From an uncultured Planctomycetota bacterium (lineage in GTDB: Bacteria > Planctomycetota > Planctomycetia > Isosphaerales > Isosphaeraceae): DNA of 64,000 nucleotides. Numbering within the stretch: position 1 is the stretch's first letter; every line of letters begins with the position of its first letter. The position numbers and the translations under genes are program-made. The notes beneath the pieces were generated by a model that worked only from the letters and a program-made list of their open reading frames with translations, had not been told where the DNA came from and made no database searches. The DNA lies in assembly GCA_963737655.1 (NCBI GenBank), contig CAVTTN010000002.1, positions 4,864,001-4,928,000 on the forward strand. Direction: 5' to 3'. Shown one piece after another: positions 1-8,999 of this stretch.

Positions 1-84
1 CGTCTCGTGGGTCGAGCCCGAGGGAGGCAAGGTCGCCGCGTCGAAGACGTCGCCATCGGACGGGCCGTCCATCCCGGGGCCTCC

Positions 85-1101
85 TCAGCGGGTCCACTGG
101 AGACGATTCAACAGCCGTTCGTCCCAGGGATGCGATTCTTGGGCGATCGGCGAGGATTCGACCGCAATGGCCGGAATCGCCGGGTTCCGCCGCGACCGTC
201 GCCGATGATCGTGCCTCGGCCGATCGTCGGCGGGCTGGTCCAAGGCGCGCACTTCGAGGTGATGCCCCTCCTGAGGCGCGCCGAAATCGGCCTCTCGACC
301 GCTCAATTTGACCCGATACTTGCAGAGGTCGCAATTCATGAACGGCAGGCCATGAAACGCCTCGTGGGCACGGTCTTCCAGGGCCTGGACCAGCAAATCA
401 TGGACGCCGAGATGGGCCGTCGCGAGGATTTCGCGGGACGTATCGGCGGCCGAATGCCTCTCGGCCGCCTCCACGACCCGCTTCCTCAACACCCCGTCGA
501 ACAGGAGATACGGCTGGACCACGATCCGGGCGAAGCCCATCCGGCGGAGCCATTCCAGGGCCTGATCCACCGTCGGGCTGGTCAGGCCCGAGAACGCCAC
601 GGTCGCGAACGCCACCCCGGAGGCCTCCCACAAGAACCGGGAAAGCCGCGAGATCGTGGCGTTGGCGTCCGGGTCGGACGTCCCCCGGCCCACCACGAGC
701 AGCGCCGTCGAATCCATCGGGATCTCGGGTTTCCCGGCGATCGCCTCGCGAAATCGGACGGCGCAAAGCTCCAGCAACCCCGGATGGACCTCCAGGGCCC
801 GCGCCATCTGAAAGACCACGCCGGGATGCCGCCGCCGGGCGTCGGCCACCTCGCTCGGGACATCATTCTTCACGTGACCGGCCGCCGCCAGCATCGCCGG
901 GACCACCGCCACCCGCGCCGCCCCTCGACCCACCACCGAATCGATCGCCCGGCCGATCGTCGGGCGGTTGAACTCCAGGAACCCCGCCTCCTGGACCCGA
1001 TCGGGCCGAAGCCGCTTCCACAGCCTCACCAGCTCCACGAACTCCGCAGATCCCGCCTCATCGCGGGTCCCATGAGCGGCAATCACCAGGGCGTCGGACA
1101 T
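85..1101 (-). CDS. cbiX: Sirohydrochlorin cobaltochelatase, long CbiX family
   Basis: Motifs AHGTRD, VPAMLAAAGHVKNDVP, second domain VGRGTSDPDAN/PYLLFDG, C-terminal MNCDLCKYR; lies downstream of cob genes. Confidence 0.85.
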   Translation of the reverse strand: MSDALVIAAHGTRDEAGSAEFVELVRLWKRLRPDRVQEAGFLEFNRPTIGRAIDSVVGRGAARVAVVPAMLAAAGHVKNDVPSEVADARRRHPGVVFQMARALEVHPGLLELCAVRFREAIAGKPEIPMDSTALLVVGRGTSDPDANATISRLSRFLWEASGVAFATVAFSGLTSPTVDQALEWLRRMGFARIVVQPYLLFDGVLRKRVVEAAERHSAADTSREILATAHLGVHDLLVQALEDRAHEAFHGLPFMNCDLCKYRVKLSGREADFGAPQEGHHLEVRALDQPADDRPRHDHRRRSRRNPAIPAIAVESSPIAQESHPWDERLLNRLQWTR

Positions 1102-1231
1102 CGCGGCCTCATGCGCTCTCGGAAAGGGGACCGAATTCGGGCGGGGTCACGAACCTCATTTCGCGTTGACTCTACCCCGTCGCGGTCCCGATGATAAGGG
1201 GAGCGCCACCGTCGCCGACGAGGCCGCGAGC

Positions 1232-1459
1232 ATGGCCGACCTGCGAACCATCGAGCAAATCACGACCGAGTTCCCCTCGGAATGGGTCCTGATCGGCGAC
1301 CCGCAGGCCGACGAGGACGCCCGTCTCCACGGCGGCCGAGTCCTTTTCCACAGCACCAACCGCGCCGAAGTGGACAACAAGGCCGCCGAGTTGCGGTTGC
1401 CCTATTTCGCCGTCCGTTATCTCGGCTCGATGCCGGAGAATACGGCCCTGGTCCGATGA
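1232..1459 (+). CDS. Small hypothetical protein (DUF5678-like, 'EFPSEWVLI')
   Basis: 75-aa ORF with typical codon usage, opposite strand to the cob operon; its stop overlaps a following ATG (ATGA). Confidence 0.55.
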   Translation: MADLRTIEQITTEFPSEWVLIGDPQADEDARLHGGRVLFHSTNRAEVDNKAAELRLPYFAVRYLGSMPENTALVR

Positions 1460-1521
1460 GCGTCGCGTTCGATGGCATTCGAGGGCCGGTCCAGACCGGT
1501 TCACGGTCCGATTGCGCCCCC

Positions 1522-1580
1522 GTAGGGCAGGCCTTGGCCTGCCGAGACCCGCGCAGACGGCAGGCCAAGGCCTGCCCTAC
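1522..1580. repeat. REPIN-like element: perfect 22-bp inverted repeat GTAGGGCAGGCCTTGGCCTGCC
   Basis: 1522-1543 is the exact reverse complement of 1559-1580; GTAG terminus; a degenerate copy lies near 55000-55050. Confidence 0.85.
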
Positions 1581-1673
1581 GCGACCCATCGTGCGCAATC
1601 CGGCCGTGTACCGCGTTAGGTCGAGGCCGAGACTTCCGGTCCCTCGGGTCGGTCCAACCTCCTTTTTTTCCGG

Positions 1674-2635
1674 TCAAGCACCCTTCAGAATTGCCGCCCG
1701 GACCGCCCAGGCCAGGCCCACCGCCAACCCCGCCGCCACGATCATCACGCGAAGGGACCGCTTCACCGTTCTTGCATCAATGGTCGCGCCCGGGTCGCCC
1801 AGGAACGGCTTTCGACTCGGGACACCTCGATACGTGGCCTCGCCTCCGAGGCGAACGCCCAGGGCGCCGGCCATCGCGGCTTCTCCCCATCCGCTGTTGG
1901 GGCTGGGGTGGTTCCGGCCGTCCCTCCAGCCGATCCTCAGGGCCGATCGGCCGCGCTCGCCGCAAAGGGTCGCCGAGACGGCGATCAGGAGCCACGACGA
2001 CCGCGCGGGAATCAGCCCCGCGAGGTCGTCGATCCTCGCCGACGCCCAGCCGAAATCGCGATATTTGGTGCTTCGGTAGCCGATCATGCTATCGAGGGTG
2101 TTGATCGCCTTGAACGCGGCCATCCCGAACGGGCCGCCCACGGCGAACCAGAAAATCGGGGCGATCACGCCGTCGCCGAGGTTCTCGGCCACGGTCTCCA
2201 CGCTCGCCCGATGGATCTCGGGCCAATCGAGCGCCTCGGTGTCCCGGCCGACGATCATGGCGAGCTCGCGGCGGGCCGTCGCCAGGTCGGGCACTCGGAG
2301 GCGAGCCGCACCTCGTCGCGGAGGCTCCTCGTCGCCAGCCCAAAATGGACGATCAGGGCCCGACCCACCAGCGACGGGATCGGCCCGAACCGATCGCAAA
2401 TCGTGGCGAAACCCCAGGCCAGACCACCGGTTGCGACGATCACGCACACGGCCAAGATCGCTCCGGTGCAGCGTAGGCCGATCGGCCCCAGCCCCGGCCG
2501 TCTCAACCAGCGGTCGCCCGTCGAGACCATCCAGCCGATCCCCCGGACCGGATGGGGCCAGCCCCGGGGGTCGCCGATCAGGGCATCCAGCGCCGCCCCC
2601 AGGGGCAAGGCCCAGGCCGAGAGCGGCAGGGTCAC
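1674..2635 (-). CDS. cbiB: Adenosylcobinamide-phosphate synthase CbiB (frameshift near 2290)
   Basis: LDALIGDPRGWPHPV in one frame; IVGRDT, ESVAEN-like VETVAENLGDGV, NTLDSMIGY and HPSPNSGWGEAAMAGALG in the next; GTG start overlaps the cobQ stop. Confidence 0.85.
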
Positions 2636-4152
2636 CGGGAGATTCCCAGGGCCGCCCGGATCGGGCCGAGGTCCAGGTTTTCCCTTAATAAAGCGCTGAG
2701 CCCGGCGTAGCGTTTCGACATGGCCTCGCGATGGGCCTCTCGGCGGTTCGGCTCGAGCGGACCAAGCCCTTTTCGCCGCCGCAAATGGTCGATCAGGGCC
2801 GAGGCGAACGGCTCGCCGTCGAAGAGGCCGTGGACGTAAGTGCCGATCACCCGGCCGGACGCGTCGATCGCCCCATCCTCGACCCGCGTCCCCTCGCGAT
2901 GCCGGACCAGGTCGGCGAACGGCCGGGCCCCGGGGCCCAGACGGGTCCGTCCCATGTGGATCTCGTAGCCGACGATCGGATGGCGGCCGTCTCGGACGCG
3001 GCCCGAGACCTGATATTTCGCCTTTTCGGGCGCGAATCGGGTCGTCACGTCGAGGAGGCCGAGCCCGGCCACGCTCGGATCGATCGACTCGACCTGCAAG
3101 GGGTCGTCGATGGTCGCGCCAAGCATCTGAAATCCGCCGCAGATCCCCAGGATCACCGGGCCTTCCGGGTCTTCGCGAAGTTCGCCGATCGCCGAGGCGA
3201 TCCCCAGGTGGCGAAGCCAGCGGAGGTCGCGGACGGTCGTCTTCGTCCCGGGCAGGATCACCAGGTCGGGCCTCCCGAGGTCGCGGGCCCGCTCCACATA
3301 CCGCACCCGGACGTCGGGCATCCGGGCGAGAGGGGCAAAATCGGTGAAATTGCTGATCCCGGGAAGCTGGGCCACCACAATCTCGACGTCCGCCGGCCCG
3401 GAAGCGTCGCTGGCCGTCTCCTCGATCCCGAGCGAATCCTCTTGATCCAGTTGGAGTTCCGGCCGATACGGCAAGACGCCGAGGACCGGCCGTCCGGTCC
3501 GCTCTCGGAGGAATTCCAGGCCCGAGTCGAGCAACGAAACATCCCCGCGGAACTTGTTGATGACGAACCCGACCATCCGGCGGCGGTCGGCCTCGGGCAG
3601 GAGTTCCCACGTCCCCACGATTTGCGCGAAGACCCCGCCACGCTCGATGTCGGCGACGAGCACCGTGGCGGCCTCGGCGTGCCTCGCCATCTTCAAATTG
3701 GTCAAATCCTGGTCCATCAGGTTGATCTCGACGGGGCTGCCGGCCCCTTCGAGGACGATCACGTCAAATTTCGCCGCCAGAGCGTCATAACAAGCCGTGA
3801 CTCGCGGCCACAACCGCTCTTTTTCGCCATAATATTCGCGAGCCGTCATCACGCCGATCGGGCTGCCCTCGACGACGACCTGAGAGGCCCCTCCGCAGGG
3901 CTTGAGGAGGATCGGGTTCATGAGGGTCAGCGGCTCGACCCCGGCGGCCTCGGCCTGGGCGACCTGGGCGCGGCCGATCTCGCCGCCGGTTCGCGTCACA
4001 AAGCTATTCAAGGCCATGTTTTGCGCCTTGAACGGCGCGACGCGCCAGCCATCTTCCGCCAGCAATCGACAGAACGCCGCGGCCACCGTGGACTTGCCCG
4101 CGTGGCTGGACGTCCCCAGGACCATCAAGGCCGGCGTCCGACGTTCCGTCAT
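2632..4152 (-). CDS. cobQ: Cobyric acid synthase CobQ
   Basis: LGTSSHAGKS, PFKAQNMALNS, EGAGSPVEINL, GICGGFQMLG, GTYVHGLF. Confidence 0.95.
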   Translation of the reverse strand: MTERRTPALMVLGTSSHAGKSTVAAAFCRLLAEDGWRVAPFKAQNMALNSFVTRTGGEIGRAQVAQAEAAGVEPLTLMNPILLKPCGGASQVVVEGSPIGVMTAREYYGEKERLWPRVTACYDALAAKFDVIVLEGAGSPVEINLMDQDLTNLKMARHAEAATVLVADIERGGVFAQIVGTWELLPEADRRRMVGFVINKFRGDVSLLDSGLEFLRERTGRPVLGVLPYRPELQLDQEDSLGIEETASDASGPADVEIVVAQLPGISNFTDFAPLARMPDVRVRYVERARDLGRPDLVILPGTKTTVRDLRWLRHLGIASAIGELREDPEGPVILGICGGFQMLGATIDDPLQVESIDPSVAGLGLLDVTTRFAPEKAKYQVSGRVRDGRHPIVGYEIHMGRTRLGPGARPFADLVRHREGTRVEDGAIDASGRVIGTYVHGLFDGEPFASALIDHLRRRKGLGPLEPNRREAHREAMSKRYAGLSALLRENLDLGPIRAALGISR

Positions 4153-4271
4153 GGAATCAACGTCCGCCGGAGAGGAACGGAACACGCGAGGAGAGGATCG
4201 GTCCGCCGGGGACGCCGAGCTCGGCGTCCCCGGCGGACCGATTTTATTCTCCGTCGACTCGGCGGATCAGT

Positions 4272-5582
4272 TTACTTCCGGCCGTTGGCGATCGCCAGTC
4301 CGTTGCCGTTGGCGTGGGCGTGACCGTTGCCGTTGCCGTTGCCGTTGCCGTTGGCGTGGGGGGCGGAGACGGCTCGGGGTTCGGTCTTGGGCGGGGTGCC
4401 GGCGAGGATGTCGGCGAGGATGGTCAGGAGCTTGTCGTTCTCGGCCTTGGTGCGGACGGCGGCCCGGAGGTGGCCCTGGGTCACGATCCGGGTGCCGTCG
4501 GCCCCGGTGAGGACCCCGCCCGGCTCCAGTCCGCTGAAGTTGGAGCATTCGCGGACGAGGATGCCCCGGCGGGCGAGCTCCTCGTGGACCTGGACCGAGG
4601 TCCAGGGCGTGTCCACCAGGCTGAACAGGACCCAGTTGGGCCGGGGCGGGGCGCTCTCGGGCCTCTGGGCCGACGGCCAGACCGGGCGGACGCCGTCGAG
4701 GTCGAACAGGCGGTCGGTCAGCCAGGCGCTTTCGGCGGCGATCAGCTCGATCGTCCGTTCGAGGTAGTCCTCCTCGTCCAGGCAGGCGAGCAAGGCGGCC
4801 TCGGACGGGGAATCGACGCTCCAGGGGTTCTGGTACTGCTTCAACCGGGTCACGAGATCGGCGGAGGTCACGGCGTAACCCACGCGGATGCCGGGGATGG
4901 CAAAAATCTTCGTGACCGAGCGGAGCGCGAGCAGGTTGGTCCGGGAGGCGGCGGCGGTGGTGACGGTGCGGTCGGCCTCGTCGGGGAAGAACGGCAGGTA
5001 CGCCTCGTCCACGACGGTGAGCAGGCCCTGGGAGTCGTCGACGGCCTTCAAGAGGGCCTCGCGGGCCCAGGCCAGGCCGATCGGGCTGATCGGGTTGCCC
5101 GTCCAGTAGATGCCGTTGGCCGATCGGGGGAGGAAGTCGAGGTGCCAGCCCAGGGTCGGGCGCTTCCAGATCTGGGTCCGGTGCTCGTTGAGGACCGAGG
5201 CCCGGCGGTATTCGCCGTAGGTGGGCTCGACGAGGTGGGCCGTCGGCATCGTCGAGTCGCCGGCCTCCAGGGCGTGGAGCTTCAGGACCTCTCGGAGGGC
5301 CTGGGCGATCAGGGCGATGATCTCGCTGGTGCCGGCGCCGACGATCACGCGGTCCTCGGGGACGTTGTGACGGGCCGCGAGCTTCGCGGTCAGGCGAGGG
5401 CAGCCGGGTTCGGGATATTCGCCCGATCGGTCGATCGCCTTCCTCGCGGCGGCCAGGGCCGAGGGGGGCGGCCCCAGGGGGTTCAGGCTCACGGAGAAGT
5501 CCAGGAGGGGCCGGTCGCCCAGTCCCAGCCGCTTCCTGATCCCGTATTGGTTTCCTCCGTGCTGAATCGGACTGCTGGTCAC
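4272..5582 (-). CDS. Threonine-phosphate decarboxylase (CobD-type class I/II PLP enzyme) with an NG-repeat tail
   Basis: HGGN, LDFSVSLNPLGPP, VVDEAY, RSVTKIFAIPGIRVGY; adjacent to cobQ. Confidence 0.8.
   Translation of the reverse strand: MTSSPIQHGGNQYGIRKRLGLGDRPLLDFSVSLNPLGPPPSALAAARKAIDRSGEYPEPGCPRLTAKLAARHNVPEDRVIVGAGTSEIIALIAQALREVLKLHALEAGDSTMPTAHLVEPTYGEYRRASVLNEHRTQIWKRPTLGWHLDFLPRSANGIYWTGNPISPIGLAWAREALLKAVDDSQGLLTVVDEAYLPFFPDEADRTVTTAAASRTNLLALRSVTKIFAIPGIRVGYAVTSADLVTRLKQYQNPWSVDSPSEAALLACLDEEDYLERTIELIAAESAWLTDRLFDLDGVRPVWPSAQRPESAPPRPNWVLFSLVDTPWTSVQVHEELARRGILVRECSNFSGLEPGGVLTGADGTRIVTQGHLRAAVRTKAENDKLLTILADILAGTPPKTEPRAVSAPHANGNGNGNGNGHAHANGNGLAIANGRK
4324..4353 (+). repeat. 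(CCGTTG)5 hexamer repeat encoding NGNGNG
   Basis: Directly visible; further partial copies at 4282-4312. Confidence 0.8.
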
Positions 5583-5943
5583 GTGCCGTCGCCCCCTCTC
5601 GGACGCTCCGTTCCGCTCCGCTCGGGTCGGATCGTGTGCGATTGATGATGGTCCGTGAAAACCCGAAGTGGAGAGTATGGAGATCGTGCGAGGGGTCTGT
5701 CAATCCTCCTGCGAGCCTGCATGGAATTATGAAGATGCGAGGCCCGGGATGCCCCGGCCATCTCCGATCCGTGACCCCGCCGTCCGAGCCGTCCGGGTCT
5801 CGCCAGCTTGCGCCCTCGGAGGGGCCGGGCGGCCCGAATCCGGGACCCGGGCCGGCGAGGCCACGGGTTCGGCTGGTCTCCGAGGGCCGATCCGCGTAAG
5901 CTCCCGGCTCGGCATGTCCGTAGAGGCAAGGAGGCCCTCGGCG

Positions 5944-6609
5944 ATGAAGATCCGTCATCCGGCGCTGATCCGGGGCGTGGGGGCCTCGGGGGCGTGGCTG
6001 GTCCGTCGGCTGGTCGGTTCCTGCCGCTTCCATTTCCGCTACGCCGACCCGACGGTCAACCCCGAAGTCGCCCGACGGACCGGGGTTCGCTACCTTTACG
6101 CGTTCTATCACGAGGTCATGCTCTTCCCGGCCTATTTCTGGGCCTGGCCGGAGATGCAGATCCTGATCAGCGACCATCGAGACGGCGAGCTCATCACGCA
6201 AGTGGTGCAAAGGCTTGGGTTTGGAGTGGTCCGAGGCTCGACGACGCGAGGCGGGGCGCGGGCCCTCCGCGAGATGACGAACCGGGTCGATCGCGGCCAC
6301 CTCTGCGTCACGCCCGATGGCCCGAGGGGGCCGAGGCGGCACGTTCATCAGGGCCTCGCCTACCTTTCCAGCCGGACCGGGCTGCCGATCGTGGGGGCGG
6401 GCATGGCGTTCCAGGATCCGTGGCGGGCCCGAAGCTGGGACCGCTTCGCCGTCCCCCGGCCGTTCTCGGCGGCGGCGTGTGTCGTCCCCGAGCCGGTGGT
6501 CGTCCCGCCCGACGCCGGCCGCGAGGAGATTGAGGCGGCCCGCGAGGAGGTCGAACGGAGGATGCAGAGGGCCACCGAGGAGGCCGAGGCCTGGGTCCGC
6601 GAGCTTTGA
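5944..6609 (+). CDS. Lysophospholipid acyltransferase family (DUF374)
   Basis: LISDHRDGELI, VVRGSTTRGG, VTPDGPRGPR, SWDRFAVPRPFS. Confidence 0.85.
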   Translation: MKIRHPALIRGVGASGAWLVRRLVGSCRFHFRYADPTVNPEVARRTGVRYLYAFYHEVMLFPAYFWAWPEMQILISDHRDGELITQVVQRLGFGVVRGSTTRGGARALREMTNRVDRGHLCVTPDGPRGPRRHVHQGLAYLSSRTGLPIVGAGMAFQDPWRARSWDRFAVPRPFSAAACVVPEPVVVPPDAGREEIEAAREEVERRMQRATEEAEAWVREL

Positions 6610-7281
6610 TCACGAATACGGCAAATTGTGAACCAGGCTCTCCATCCGGGCCGAGAGCATCCGGCGGGGCTGGCCGGAGAGGGCCGCGAACATGTAGGGC
6701 GGCCAGAGGAAATGGACCGCCTGGACCATCTGGATCGCCTGCCCCCGAACGTTGGGATTCGGGTTCGGGATCACGTAAGTGAAGACCACAAAAGCCCCTC
6801 CGACCAGGGCGACCAGCCCCACGGCCAGGAAGGCCCAGCCGATCGCCAGCAGGAGCTTGCCGGTGGAGGCTTCGAGCGCATAGTCGATCCTCGTGCCGGC
6901 ACCCGACGGCGAGAACCGGACCCGGCCGCGGCGGAAGCCCACGCCGGGCGTCGGCCGATCGCCGGCGGCCTCGAAGACGACCTCGCGAGCGTCGGCCGAG
7001 ACGATCCGGACCGGCCAGGCCACGCCGAGCCCTTCGCGGGCGAGCTGGGCGGTGAGCTTCTCGGCGAGGTCGTCGGATCGACCGGCCACCTCGGCCCCCC
7101 CGACGATCGCGCCCTCGGCGGCCGGGGTCTCGATGTCGAACCGCTCGGCGGCCTCCTCGGCGCGGGCCCGGCGGGCCCGGGCGGTCCTCAGGAGCACGAC
7201 GAGCCCCCCGAACCAGGCGGCGGCCCCGACGGCGACGATCGCGGCGACGAGGATTTGGAGTGTCTCGGGCTCGAAGTTCAT
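6610..7281 (-). CDS. Hypothetical membrane protein
   Basis: N-terminal TM segment plus two C-terminal hydrophobic segments; GC3-rich codon pattern. Confidence 0.6.
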   Translation of the reverse strand: MNFEPETLQILVAAIVAVGAAAWFGGLVVLLRTARARRARAEEAAERFDIETPAAEGAIVGGAEVAGRSDDLAEKLTAQLAREGLGVAWPVRIVSADAREVVFEAAGDRPTPGVGFRRGRVRFSPSGAGTRIDYALEASTGKLLLAIGWAFLAVGLVALVGGAFVVFTYVIPNPNPNVRGQAIQMVQAVHFLWPPYMFAALSGQPRRMLSARMESLVHNLPYS

Positions 7282-7610
7282 CCGTACAAATCCTCGACCC
7301 TGCCGATCGCACGAGGTCGGCATTCGACACGAGACGGCGAGGGTGGTCAAGGGCCTCGGGTTTCCTTCCCTCGGCGGGATCGGGCCGTATAATAGAGAAG
7401 CAGGGTCTTCGCGGATGCCGTCTTCCGCCGGGGGCACCCCCCGCGTCCGCGATCGACGGGTTGAGGGCCATCCATCTCGGGTGGCCCATCCACAGGACGG
7501 TCCCGCCCCGCCGCCAGAACGCGGGGCCCGATCGCCCTCGGGCCGGTGGGTCCGCGGAGAGGCTCGGGGTGCGTCCCCATCGGCCGCCGCGACCCGGGAG
7601 GGCACCGATC

Positions 7611-8897
7611 ATGAAGGGCGGCGACGGGAGTCTTTTCGGCCGGTTTCGCTCGGCGGGCGCGGTGATGCGTCGAGGCCGGGCGGGACCGGCCGACGACGGC
7701 GGCGGCTCAAGCCTCGCAGCGCCCGATTCCGCCGGCTCGACCGGCCTGGACCTCAAGGCCGAGATCGGCCAAACCGCCATCTCCTTTCGGGGTTACGACG
7801 TTGCGAACCTCGGGCGGACCGCCGAGATCCTGAATCACCCGACCTACGGCCCGATCCTCGCCGACGAGCTGGCCGAAGCCTCGGTCGTCGCCTCCGACAC
7901 GCTCCACCGCCCGGTGGACCTGGCCGGCTACGTCCGCGAAGGGCGGCCGACCGCCCTGGCCGACTTCCCCCTGGACGTCGCGATGATCGTGGCCGTGGAA
8001 CTGGGACAGTTGAGGATCCTCGAGGAGGTGTTCGGCGTCCCGGTCCGCCGCGCGAAGCTGAGCTTCGGCTACAGCATCGGCGAGCTCTCGGCGATGGTCC
8101 TCGGCGGGTCGTTCCGGCTCGACGAGATCTTGCCCGTGCCCCTGGCCCTGGCCGAGGACTGCGCCAGCCTCGCCCCCGACACCTCGATGGGCATCCTCTT
8201 CACCCGGGCCCCGGTCCTGCCGGAGGAGGCCGTCGAGCGTCTCTGCGCGGCGGTGAGCGCCGAGGGGCACGGGCTGGTCGCGCCGTCGGCCTTCCTGTCG
8301 CCCAACACGGCCCTGCTGCTGGGTCAGGGCGACACGATCTCGCGAGTCGAGGCGCTGAAGGACCGCTTCCTGCCTCCGAAGGTCATGCTTCGCCGCAACC
8401 CGAACAAGTGGCCGCCGTTGCACACGCCGCTCGTCCGCGAGAAGAACATCCCGAACCGGACGGCCGTGGCCATGTACAAGATCGCCGGAAATCGGCCCGC
8501 GCCGATGCCCCCGGTGCTCTCCTGCGTGACCGGCAAGTACTGCCCCGATGGCGCCAACCTCCGGGAACTGCTGATCCAGTGGACCGAGAGGCCGCAACGG
8601 CTCTGGGACGCGATCGACGCGACCCTGGCGGCGGGGGTCTCGACGGTGATCCACGTCGGCCCGGCGCCGAACCTCGTCCCGGCCACGTTCGAACGGCTGA
8701 CCACGAACGTGAACAAGCACCTCGGGAACAAGTACGTGAGGGGGATGATCCGGGGGATGAACCGGATGAGCTGGCTCTCGACGATGCTGCCGCATCGGGC
8801 GGCGTTGTTGAGGGCGCCGTTCCTCCATCACGTGATCCTGGAAGACTGGCTCCTGGACGTGGCCGCCGTGCCGACGGTCTCCGCCCCGGCGGCGTGA
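7611..8897 (+). CDS. FabD-like (ACP S-malonyltransferase fold) acyltransferase
   Basis: GxSxG nucleophile elbow GYSIGE, PPLHTP, VIHVGPAP; GGGAGG RBS upstream. Confidence 0.7.
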   Translation: MKGGDGSLFGRFRSAGAVMRRGRAGPADDGGGSSLAAPDSAGSTGLDLKAEIGQTAISFRGYDVANLGRTAEILNHPTYGPILADELAEASVVASDTLHRPVDLAGYVREGRPTALADFPLDVAMIVAVELGQLRILEEVFGVPVRRAKLSFGYSIGELSAMVLGGSFRLDEILPVPLALAEDCASLAPDTSMGILFTRAPVLPEEAVERLCAAVSAEGHGLVAPSAFLSPNTALLLGQGDTISRVEALKDRFLPPKVMLRRNPNKWPPLHTPLVREKNIPNRTAVAMYKIAGNRPAPMPPVLSCVTGKYCPDGANLRELLIQWTERPQRLWDAIDATLAAGVSTVIHVGPAPNLVPATFERLTTNVNKHLGNKYVRGMIRGMNRMSWLSTMLPHRAALLRAPFLHHVILEDWLLDVAAVPTVSAPAA

Positions 8898-8999
8898 TCG
8901 CGGATCGCATTTCGCCGGGTCGGATGGCCCGAAGGCCGTCCGGCTTTCGTAGAATGGGCAGCCGCCGACCGACCTCAACCCCGAAGGAGTGGCCAAGTC

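Noticed and set aside
5583..5940. Cobalamin riboswitch upstream of the cob genes
   Set aside because: No recognisable B12-box or GGGAA/GCCACTG core by eye; an Rfam scan would be needed.
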